From assembly GCA_964016885.1 (NCBI GenBank), contig OZ024740.1, positions 100,874,001 through 100,938,000 of the forward strand: 64,000 nucleotides of DNA. The letters are read 5' to 3'. The notes beneath the pieces are model-generated. The model was given only the letters and a program-made list of their open reading frames with translations, ran no database searches and was not told the origin of the DNA. Made by a program: the position numbers and the translations under genes. Position 1 is the first letter of the stretch. The number at the start of each line of letters is the position of its first letter. Below are positions 52,745-64,000 of the stretch, one piece after another. This DNA comes from Eledone cirrhosa. Lineage: Eukaryota.

Positions 52745-53859
52745 TTAGTTACAACAGTGACATATACAAGTTCTTAAGTTTTGTTGGGTTATACACCCCA
52801 ACTCAGTCAGCCAAATCATCCTATGGACTGAATGCTATTACGCTTGGGTATTTCTACCAAACTTATACTAGAGTATATATATATATATGGTTTTCTGTGG
52901 TACTAGCAGTGTACAATACTCTGAGGTTTGGGATTTTTAGCCCTAATTCTCTCAGAGAGCCATCATGGAACCACAAGATCATTATATATTATATATCAAT
53001 CTCTTTTGATATATATAAAGTAGGTAGGTGATATTCTTTCATATTTTAATGTATTAAATAAACTATCATTAGGAATATATTTGGTAATGCCCATTGGATG
53101 TTATATAATGTATTTCAATCAGACATGCCTCCAACTGATGGCTGGCTATCATCAAATATATGAATTACATAACAATTGGTGGGCATATTGAACAAAAATT
53201 GCCTGATATGCTATGTTCGGTTTACTCATCATGGGAGGTAATAGGATGATATATTCCTGTGTCAGTGGCTGTGGCTTGTATTTTGTGATTCATAATTATC
53301 CTTGAATGTGTGGTAGGTGTTTGTTTCAATTGCTCAACTTCTGACTTTGATTTATACATATTTTGTATTCTCATCTTATTGGCTGGGGTTGTGTGTCAGT
53401 CATCATATATCTAATGTCTAACAAGTGTAATTACTATTAGTTCCAGTGTTTTATTTGTAATTTCGTTATTGGGTCTTTTATTTGTTGTTCCTTAATAAAA
53501 AATATTATTTTCCTTGTATGGGTTAAAGGGTCAGTCTGTAATATGATATAGTTCTAGATGCTGGCTCATATGTTAGTCCCAGGCAGGTGTAATAAAGAAC
53601 AACAGTACTAAAGTAAATAGAGGAATAAATAAATAAATATATATGTATGAAGGAATAAATAATTAGATTTATATTCATGATTAAAATCAATACTTGTGTA
53701 GCAGATGAAGAAAATACAAGAAATGAAATTAACTTGCTGGCTTAAGGAGAAGTTAGTAGTTAAATATTTAAAAGAAGTTATTGTTTGTGGTGAAGAAAGA
53801 CCAGGATAACTTTATTGGATTAATTAACCTACTAATTAGTTCCATATGTTAGACAAAGT

Positions 53860-54136
53860 TGTGAGTGGTAATATAGAAGATCAGACTGAAAAGGGCAAAT
53901 TGTCCAAGTATCAGCCGCTCTCTGATAGGTTTGTGGTAGAGCCTGTAATAGGGACGATTTCTGGTGCTCTTGGCCCCCAGACGACATCCCTTCTCACTGT
54001 TATTGGAGTGGAGTTGGCTGCTCGCAGGTGTGAGCCCTGCAAGGTGGAGTGGCTGTTCCAGCACATCTCACTCAGCAACTTCCAGGGCAATGTTTTCTCA
54101 ATCCTGCCCTGTCAGCTAGGACCAAGAGGCAGATGA
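53860..54136 (+). mobile_element. CRE-clade-like non-LTR retrotransposon C-terminal remnant
   Basis: E..K.SKY..L...F...P.....GALG...L..IG..LA......EWLFQ.IS...QGN..SIL pattern. Confidence 0.6.
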
Positions 54137-54559
54137 CAAATTAGAAAACATGATTTCTATATTTACATTTCAACAGTTATTGATCCAAAATCTAGTCAAA
54201 ATTCTCCATAACTAAATTTTACTTATATGAGAACCAAATATGATATTCCAAACAGATCATAGATCATAGATAATTAAATACAAATATTTAGTGTATTTGG
54301 TTTATTTTTTGTTAGTTAGTAGATTTCGGCTAGTACTGCAAATGAATATTTTCTGGGGTGTATACTTGCATCATGAGTAAAGTTTTACATATGGGAACAA
54401 TGGTTGTGTAAGTGACTTAGAGATCATAACTGAAATTATAATTATAATTAAATATGTACATAAATATATATTTATCATAGATGCAGCCATAGTTGTGTGG
54501 TTAAAAGGTTTGCTTCACAACCATGTGACTATGGGTTCAGTCCTGCTGTGCTCTTATTA

Positions 54560-56330
54560 AATCCTCTATCATACTTTCTCACAAAACGAAGCGATAATAG
54601 AAATAGATCCAAAAGTATCTCCCATCTTTTCTTTGTCAATAACCTGAAAGTACATAGGCCAAATATCAACTATATCAAAATGAAATTGGACCTCATTACC
54701 CAATTTTCTATAAACATTGGTATGAAATTTTCTGTGTTCAAATGTGCGTTTTTGACAAATGTTATTGTATATGTGCTCTCATTGTGCTCTCCCCTGAAAA
54801 TCTAAAAATGAGTGGATAGACAATATAACCTCTACAGTCAGGTAACAATTATAAATATCCTGGATAGGATGAGAATGCCAGTATGATGGACACATAAATA
54901 AAGAGAAAACCAGGAATTAATACCTCAGTAGAGTAAAGAAAATATGATCATCTGAACATGCAACCTACAATAATCATATTGCCCATAATGTTTTTGCTGT
55001 GCACATCCTAACATCAACATTTGATCAGCTAGTGAGGCCATTGCAAGAATTGAATGAAATGGATATAAAGCCTCACAGAATGCTCAGTGTTACTGGAAAC
55101 ATTAACATCTATGGTGATATGGATACAGTATACTTCCTATGCAATGAGGGTGGCCTGGGCTTAAAGTCTATATTAACATCCTTCAAAACCGAGATAGTAA
55201 CACTGACACAACAGCGTCAACAGAAGAAAAAGGTTAGCAACCATCTAGTCCAGGTTTATAAGCATGAAAATAACAGCATTGTTAGGAGAGTCACTGATCT
55301 AGAGGAGAGACATGAAATAAAAGCTGACACAAATTTCTCTCCCAGGAACATTGGTAAGCTCTAATCAATGCTCAAACAAAATAAAACATATACTAGTTCA
55401 CTGAGATATTTATACATGGATACTTGAAATGAGAATGCAGCTCCTACTAAATTCCTGACATGGAATTTTGATAAGTTCATAACATCCCACCTTGAAGGAA
55501 ACTGCCATGCAATCCGGGAACAACTAATCCCAACCAAATACCTACTGCACAAAAGATAAAATGTAGGCTGTTCAAAATAAAGACTGAGGATGTTAGCCAC
55601 ATTATTGCTAACTGTGAAAGAAAGTCTTCTCATTACTACCTTCCTATGAGACATAATATATCGGCCATAACAATCGGGAATGTGTTATGGAAGATGAAAA
55701 TAACAAATTGAGAGGAATATGTTGAGTTTATGGTTCAAAGCAATATTGGTGGAACCTGAAAATAAAAGCTGCCACCAAATTAAAACATAACAGGCCTGAT
55801 ATTGTTGTTTGAGAGACTACACATGAAAAAAAATGTTCTGTTGTAGAAGTTAGTTATCCACTTGATGTCAGAGTAGTAAGAATAATACATAAGGAGTATA
55901 TTTACAGACTATTGATGGGGACTTTTCAGATATAATACCCAAGATACATACATGTTCAGTTTCATTTGGCAGTATCGGTAGAGGGTCGGACGCCATGCTT
56001 TCCAGCATAGTTATGTCCCTTTACGATCTGAGTTCAAATCCCGCCGAGGTTGACTTTGCCTTTCATCCTTACGGGGTCGATAAAATAAAGTACCAGTAAT
56101 GCACTGAGTAATTTTCTGGCCTTGTGCCTAAAGTAGAAACAATTATTATTAGAGCTACAGGATATATACCAAACTGTCTGGATCAAAGTATGAGTGAACT
56201 TAGATTTTTGGAGAAGAGCACAACTAATTAATTCATAAGGAACAAATGCTTATAATATCTGAAGCCTTCAGAATCTGAAAAACATTCTTAAAATTCAAAG
56301 CATAAATCATTGAACAAAGAATGATGAAAA
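54560..56330 (+). mobile_element. Highly degenerate R4/Dong-like LINE, interrupted by SINE A at 55966-56146
   Basis: ISHLFFVNNLK, IGMKF..KCA, Y...EGGLGLKS, LKHNRPDIVV remnants. Confidence 0.65.
55966..56146 (+). mobile_element. SINE family A, young short form
   Basis: Consensus match. Confidence 0.88.
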
Positions 56331-56901
56331 TGTCCTTTTCTTCACAATCATGCCACCACGAACTTGACCTGTCAAAATAACCTAAAAATTAAGAGAAATC
56401 TACAATATACATGCATGCATACATGCATGCACACATACAATACATGCATACATACATACAATATATATACACATTGACATACACACATAAAACCATACAA
56501 TAACTGCTGGTTTGTGACCCTCCAGAAAATAGATTACTTCTCATGCATTTGTTAGTATAGCTCACTGAACACAACAATTTCCCAATATTTGGTAGTGCAG
56601 TAACAACAGTAGCAACAACAGGAGGCAAACCGGAAGGTAGTAAACTCAGCTGTAAGGTAATGCATGTTCTAATGCTAATTTCATATAAAAGCTTATCCAT
56701 GCCCTTCTACCCATTGACCTCCTGATGAGAAATGTGGGGTTACATACAATATTGTAATGAGTTAGATTTCAAATGCACAAATAATTTATACACTACTGTT
56801 TCCATGACTAATCTACATAATATTCATCTGCTTCACATGCATCATACTCATCATCATCACCACTGTTACCACTGCCATAATCTCGTTCCTCCTCCTCCTC
56901 C

Positions 56902-57114
<213 letters not shown>

Positions 57115-57590
57115 CAATCTACATCACCACATCACCACAACCATCGCCACCATCATCATCATCTTTATAGTCATATTATGTGTGTTTTTTTCATGCTGTC
57201 AAGGACTTGATGGTTTATCATGGTCTATGTCATTTTACACACACAGCAACAGAGAAAACAGGCAAACTTTGGTATTATGTCTTCTTACTTCTAAATAGGA
57301 AAATAAGAAGTCTCATGTTTGGAAGTCTAAACCACCACAAATGTTCTGATGCACCCCACCATCACCACCTGGTGATACATACATATAGTAAGATTTTTCT
57401 ACTGTATTGTACAGGCTTTTTGAAAATTATTGGTCTTTTATTGCTAGCATGGAAGAACGGACGTAAAACGGTGATGATGATGATGATATATATATACATA
57501 TTGGTTTGACAAAGCTGCTCAAGGTACATCTAATCAACCAAAATTAATCATTCTCTGTAGGTATTGACCTCTTTCATTGGCAAATTTTGG

Positions 57591-57805
57591 GGGGGGATTG
57601 GCAGAATTGGTAGAACGCTGGACAACATGCTTTGATTCACAGAGTTACGGTCCTTTACGTCCTGAATTCAAATTTCACCGAGGTTAGCTTTGTCCTTCAT
57701 CCTTACGGGGCTGATAAAATAAAGTACCAGTCATGCACTGGAGTTGATTTAATCGACTTTCCTCTCCCCAAAATGTCTGGCCTTGTGCCTAAATCAGAAA
57801 CTATT
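57591..57805 (+). mobile_element. SINE family A, long form
   Basis: Consensus match. Confidence 0.8.
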
Positions 57806-58429
57806 AATTTATATCTTAACAAAATTAACATATAATTTATAAAACAAATATACTTTATATTCGTGCGAAAAAGTCAATCCCATATACACTATCGTATACT
57901 TGGCCACTAAATTGAAATGTTTCCAACTATCTGAATGTAAAATGAAGTTTCAGTTCTCACAGACAACAAACTAACAATTGTGAATCAAAGTTTTATCATG
58001 AACACAAATTTTACGAAGAGAAAATTAATTTTAACATGCTATTATATTCTGACATATGCATGTGGAAATATATATAAGAGCTATCCAATCTTATTTATAT
58101 AGTTTAGTAGTATGAGGTTTGTTTTAATGCGTGGAAATATCAGTTTCATTTCTGTAATTCAATGTTTTATTTTAATTCATTTAGAGTCTATTTGATCCTT
58201 TGTTTATTAATAGGCTATCTTGAATTTACTCTATTACTATTACGTGTTCCAGCCAAGAGGCTGCGGCCATGCTGGCCCCACCAGTGTATATTTCAGCATC
58301 TCAAAATTAGTATCCTTGTAATAGATGATACAATAAATTAACCTCAAAATGAAGCCAAAAAAAATTGATTTTTACATGAATGAAGGTATATAGATTAGTG
58401 GTTATGTTATTTTGTTAACGATTGTAAAT

Positions 58430-58763
58430 GGAGGCACATGGCTTAGTGGTTAGAGCATTGGGCTTGCAATCGATGGGTTGTGATTTCAATTCTCAGACCA
58501 GGTGATGTGTTGTTTCCTTGAGCAAGACACTTTATTTCACATTGCTCCAGTTTACTCAGCTGTAGAAATGAGATGATAGGGACTGGGGTCCCTATCATTC
58601 CACTGTAAAGTGGATGTGTAGGCACCATGGAAAAAAAGCACCCAGCACTCACTGTAAATGAGGTTGGTGTTAGGAAGGGCATCCAGCTGTAGAATTCAAG
58701 CCAGAATCAGTTCCCGTCCCACCCTTGCTAGCAAGGAAAAGCGGACGTAAAATGATGATGATG
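58430..58763 (+). mobile_element. SINE family B, full length
   Basis: Near-identical to 8812-9160 apart from one module variant. Confidence 0.88.
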
Positions 58764-60789
58764 TAAAGTCATGAGTTCAATACTGTCCTACACCAGGTGG
58801 TACTTTGTTTTTGAGCAAAACTCTTTATTTCGTGTTGCTCCAGTGGTCTGAGGACTTATTATCCCTTTCTGATGTATTAATGATATTAATAGCTAAAGTA
58901 ATAGAATAAAATTGTGGTCTGTTGCTGAGGCCACCTTCTCATTTCTTTACACCAGGATGAGACAGAGCCGTCCCTGTTATATATAGTATGTATTTTAGCT
59001 TCATGTCAGAACATACCTAGCCAAGTTTCTGTAAGCCATAATACGACCTGCTTCATCAGTCATAAGTCATATTGCAGTACGCTAAGCTACTAATCTCCCT
59101 AAAACAGCAGCTGGGTATTCTTTCTCAGATGAAGTTTTAACAAGACTAGAATCTAGATCAATCCCATATTTTCTGCTCGCATAGAGATAAAACCTGTGAT
59201 TGAACCACATTTTTATTTTATTATTTTTCACAATGGTATATTTATTTAAAAAAATGTTAAACTACATCCTGAATTATCCAACATCTAGTGTACTATGAAT
59301 GAATTAATCAAACTTGTCAGATCATGTCCTGTTATGTGAGTTAGATGGAATAGTTTAGGTGAGTTTTAGTTTGTATACATTATAAAAAGCTATAATCTAC
59401 TAATCGCTTATGATCCGTTTTTAGCAAAAATGTGTCTATGACAGTTTTATTAACACATTATTTATTCATTTTATATTTTAAGATAACTCATAGATATTAA
59501 ATTTATTAATAAACACTTATGTTAACATGCTTTTATTAAATGAAAATTATAAATTTTTGCATCATTTGATAAACTGATTTCACGCTGATTTCATTTAAGT
59601 TGTCTCTTGTCGGACTGTATCCACAGCATAACATCAGAATAGTCTGCAATTCAACCTTTAAGAAATATAGTTATATTTAAACTTCTATGTGAACATCTGC
59701 TTATGTGTCTATGTATGTGTGTGTTTATGAACATATTTATCTATACATCTATGCAAGTGTGCTCATGTATGTACACATGTATGTATTATGTGTGTATACA
59801 TATGTATGTATATCAGTGTCTGTTTATACTCAAGTTTCTTACATTTATTGAAATATTTGTATAAATCACTGTATGATAATAAAATAATGTCATGAGATAC
59901 AATAATCAATTGTTTTCTCTTGTAATTCAGTTAAACAGACAATAAGGAATCTGCTTCTCAACTACCGATTATTTGTGGGCATACCTGAGGCCTTTGCCAT
60001 TATTCTCTTTCTTTATTGACCCTAATTCAATAACAGATGCAATCCGTCTAAACATTTGAACCCTTAAATCCTAACCCCGGTGTATGTTACTCTTAAACTA
60101 TGAATACCTATTACCAACACACTCTATAATAAAACTACTAGCACTTAATAAAGATTCAAAACTACACTAGCTTCCCATTAAATTCACTGCTAAGTAGGTG
60201 TCAGTTTTCAATTGATGGTGTAACAATTCAGTTCCTTGCAGAAGTCTCTGGAATATAAAGTCAAATGTAGCAGAATGTTAAAACAATTGGTGAAAACTTG
60301 GAAACAAAATTTAATAGCAACTCATTACAAAGCTGAAGAAATGATTACAAAAATTCATTGCTTTTCAACAATCGACTGCATACATACATACATATATAGA
60401 TATATATATATGTATGTGTATATATATATATATATATATATGTCTGTTTATATGCAGATATACATATGTATATAAATATAGATAGATAGATAGATGTATA
60501 TATATACATATATCATATATATGTATATCAACATCACCATTCCATGTCAATTTCCACACTAGGATGTGTTAGATGGGTTGTCCTATTTGAGGCAAGTCAA
60601 GGTTAAATGATCATGTCTTGCTCATACATAACCGATTTGGGCTTGGTTTCTATGGCTGGATGCCCTTCCTAATGCCAACCACATTTACAGTGAATACTGG
60701 GTGATTTTGTCATAACACCTACATGACCACTTTACAGTTTGGGCAGGGTGCTTTTTGTCATGATACATATACAACATAGACAATCAAAT

Positions 60790-61085
60790 TAGTAGTGTGG
60801 GAGGATGCACAGAAATTGTGATAGCTAGGATAAGAACTGGTTGGAAGTAGTTTAAAGATCTATTACCACTGCTAACAACAAAATGCTTCTCTCTCAGAGT
60901 GAAGGGTAGACTGTATGATGCCTGTGTGCAAATCACAATGTTAGCAGTGAAAACAGACCTTGACTGCCAAAGACCTGCTGGGGCTAGAAGTAAATGAGTT
61001 TAGTATGCTCCGATGAATGCACAATGTTAGTGTGCATGAGTGACATATCATAAGCAAACTCAGGGTAAGCTTGGCATAAGAGGAC
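60790..61085 (+). mobile_element. Degenerate RTE LINE fragment
   Basis: IARIRTGWK.FKDLLPLL...SLRVKGRLYDACV. Confidence 0.75.
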
Positions 61086-61452
61086 CTGACCTTTTTTATT
61101 TTTTTACCTGAGAGTGAAAGGCCCCCATATATTGTCACAACACCTTTCTAAGAGAGGGAAACACTGAAAAAAAACTCTGCAGCTTTGGAAGCATCCGATC
61201 ATGTTGACCAATTCTCCTTTTCAGGTAGTGTTTTCGATGCTCAGAGAGTGGGATTGGTCGAGTGCAAGGCCTTTATCCACTCAAAAAATCTTCAAAACAC
61301 AAGCATAGCTTGTTCAGGAACTGTTATAGGTTCGTGTGGCTGACCGTAGCCTAAAAGTGCACCAGTTTCAATAATTTGACAAGCAATTGCAGTATCCTTA
61401 GCAGAGTTTGCAATCATCATGTACATGTATGCATGTATATATATGTATGTTC

Positions 61453-61482
<30 letters not shown>

Positions 61483-61489
<7 letters not shown>

Positions 61490-61984
61490 AAGAATGAAGA
61501 GTAACCTGGTTGGGTGTAGAATAAGGGCTTTATTTAAAGTACTGACAATTATTTCGTTGATCAGGTGAGTCTAGAGTTCGCTAATCGCTTGAGATTGCAT
61601 CATTAAAAAAAAAATGTTTCTATATAAGTCTTGCCTCGAGTGAATTAGTTTCATATCTACGTACTCTGATGTGTTGACCAGAGGTAAATAATGTATTGGA
61701 GATCGAATGACGCAACCTCAAGCGATTATCAAACTAGACTCACCTGATCAACGAAACGATTGTCAGTACTTTAAATAAAGCCCTTATTGTACAGCCAACC
61801 ATGTTACTCTTCATTCTTTAACTATTTTACTCCAAGTATAACCTGCATAGAAATTACCGCGAACTCGCTGCATAACTATGGAAGCATCTTGTAGAGTCAA
61901 ACAAAGCCGTACATTAAAACTATCCACAACGCAGAGTACTCACAACTTCTAACTGGATTACCTATAACGATAACTTGCTATCCA

Positions 61985-61985
<1 letters not shown>
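61483..61985. mobile_element. Penelope-like inverted pLTR structure in (TA)n
   Basis: ~120-bp inverted arms 61483-61604 and 61706-61825; hammerhead fold plus AATAAA at 61774. Confidence 0.65.
61661..61769 (+). ncRNA. Type I hammerhead-like ribozyme with long stem II loop
   Basis: GUACU-CUGAUGU-GUUGACCAG...CUGAUCAAC-GAAAC gauu GUC-AGUAC; GUC triplet; position 9 is U instead of A. Confidence 0.55.
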
Positions 61986-62016
<31 letters not shown>

Positions 62017-62036
62017 GTGTGTGTGTGTATGTATAT

Positions 62037-62580
62037 GCGGTACTCAGTAATAGAGAAGACCCGCCTTACCTAAATACATAGTAAAATCTACTACAGTCAG
62101 TAGGCATCTCTAACAAAATACACCCCCGTCCCACCACCCCCACCCCATCCACACCGCCCCCTTCTATGTAAAGTTATGTTGGTGCCACACCATCCAGGCC
62201 GAAACAAATGAGATCGTGTAGGTGTCACGACAAAAAAACACACAGTCCACGCTGTAATGTGACCGTGTAGGCAACACGGTAAAAACCTCGCAGTCCCACA
62301 CTGTAAATGTGGTTGGTGTTAGGAAGGGCATCCAGCTGTAGAAAACCCGCCCGACAGTCCACGCTGTAATGTGGCCGTGTAGGCAACACGGTAAAAACCT
62401 CCCAGCCCCACACTGTAAATGTGGTTGGTGTTAGGAAGGGCATCCAACTGTAGAAAACCTGCCACACAGTCCTATGCGAGCAAGACAATCACTCTTGCCT
62501 CAAGTGGGAAAACCCCCGTCCAAACCCATGCATGCGTGGAACACGGACGTTAAACGTTGATGATGATGATGATGATGATG
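62037..62580 (+). mobile_element. RTE LINE 3' end (subfamily of 9769-10741)
   Basis: Reverse complement of 9769-10307; duplicated UTR module; (GAT)n tail. Confidence 0.88.
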
Positions 62581-62829
62581 TTTGTTTATATATATATATA
62601 TATATACATAAGTGTACATTAAAGCACTTAGATTAGGCTAAAAATATTTTCTTTGCTCTGGTATATTGAAATTTCCTTTCCATTTTATTTTTTACAAGAG
62701 ACTAATGTAGAGCCACAAGTTATTTATAATTACCTATAATTATATATTTAGCTCTTTAGTGGGTTATACTTTAATTAAGATGAGATCATGTGAATTTTAT
62801 TAGAACATGTATATATATATAAATACATA

Positions 62830-62876
<47 letters not shown>

Positions 62877-63134
62877 GTATACATACTTATATTTAAGTAA
62901 CAGCTGTACTAAGACTGAGAAATGAAATTTTGTTTCATTTTTTCTGTTTATCGTCTTCGGTGGATCCGGCCGATTAACTCACTCGATATGCGAATTGGGG
63001 TGCTCAGTCGTTAATATGCATAAGGAAAGTATATACTTTCAGACGTTCAATCATCTGGCAGGAAGGTATACGTTGCTGACGATAGCTAATAAGCTTGAAA
63101 CTAGTACAGTGTTCCTCTGTCAGTGTTGAACAAA

Positions 63135-63536
63135 TGAGCAACGATGGTTGCTAGACACTGTACGGCTTAATTCGGGATGTTTGTTTACAAACACACCGAG
63201 CATTATAATAAGTGTTCGGTGAATCCATACAAAGGAAAACTCTGATATAACACCTGCAACCCTGATGGTATCCAATGATGTTGACTTGTTCTTCTTTTTG
63301 GTAAATATCATCTTGGTTAAGAGAGTGGGACTGGCTTTGGGCAGTGCCTTTGCTCACTATAAAAGCGTCACGGCACAGGCATTGCTTTATATCTGGAGAT
63401 CTCTCTGCATTTGTCATCACATGGTACCATGGGCCTAGCGCTATGTGTCAATAATTGTCACAAGTGTAGTGTTTGTACCAGAGTTTTCAAGTCGCTGGCT
63501 GGACTAAAAAGTCACACTTGTTTAGCGCATTGGTAG
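63135..63536 (+). mobile_element. Possible old RTE-type LINE 3' end with terminal C2H2-like finger
   Basis: QRWLLDTVRL resembles RW.GH.VR; HKCSVCTRVFKSLAGLKSHTCLAH in 63429-63536. Confidence 0.4.
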
Positions 63537-63963
63537 GGATTCTCCTACATGGATATAAAGTAGTGGCCGTACTCGAAAACGAGTTGGCAGCCACCATGTA
63601 TGTATATATGTATTTATGTATGAAATTTGAATTAGAAGCGTTTACGGAAAATAGTCTAATATTCTAATATCAGGAAATATAATTTGAAGTGGTACGGAGT
63701 TCGGTTTTTATAGCAACTGTTGGCCACTTGTTTTCAGTCTATACTATTGTTTAGTGCAATCTATTGTGGTTACAGTTATTTTATGCATTTGGGGGATCTC
63801 TATATTTTCTAAACACACATATATATACACATACATATATTGTCATGAGTTATAAATATATATATAACATTATATACATTATATATATATCAATGAGCAT
63901 CTCCAGTAAATGTTTTTTTTTTTATCTCAGGCATATATAAATTTTAATTCATTCTTTTCTCAG

Positions 63964-63996
63964 AACCCAGATAAAATTCCAGAAACATGGGTCTGA
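63964..63996 (+). CDS. Candidate terminal coding exon NPDKIPETWV-stop
   Basis: Strong acceptor ttttaattcattcttttctcAG, 10 codons then TGA; ETWV is a class I PDZ-binding motif. Confidence 0.35.
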   Translation, partial: NPDKIPETWV

Positions 63997-64000
63997 CATT

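Overview
Eukaryotic, very AT-rich, repeat-saturated animal DNA. The SINE, LINE and microsatellite make-up resembles octopus (coleoid cephalopod) genomes; this is inferred from recalled repeat families, not verified. No intact gene or full-length autonomous element is present, and most supplied ORFs are translations of (TA)n, (CA)n, (TC)n, (CAT)n or (TAG)n microsatellites. Recognisable elements: truncated non-LTR retrotransposons of four clades (R4/Dong-like, Tx1-like, RTE, CRE-like), two tRNA-derived SINE families, an internally deleted Chapaev3-like DNA transposon and a non-autonomous Helitron. The most interesting signal is a set of unrelated short, mostly (TA)n-flanked fold-back elements. 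Several carry minimal type I hammerhead ribozyme folds with palindromic stem III followed by a poly(A) signal, the architecture of Penelope-like pseudo-LTRs or retrozymes. Two have canonical cores (30802-30844, 3611-3686), two have variant cores (U4A, A9U), and one ~510-bp palindrome carries a hammerhead in each arm. A second signal is a strand-polarised group of (TAA)n-associated insertions: R4/Dong copies on one strand, Tx1 plus a SINE with a Tx1-like tail on the other. A few low-confidence short exons, including a possible terminal exon ending in ETWV-stop, suggest the window may be mostly intronic.
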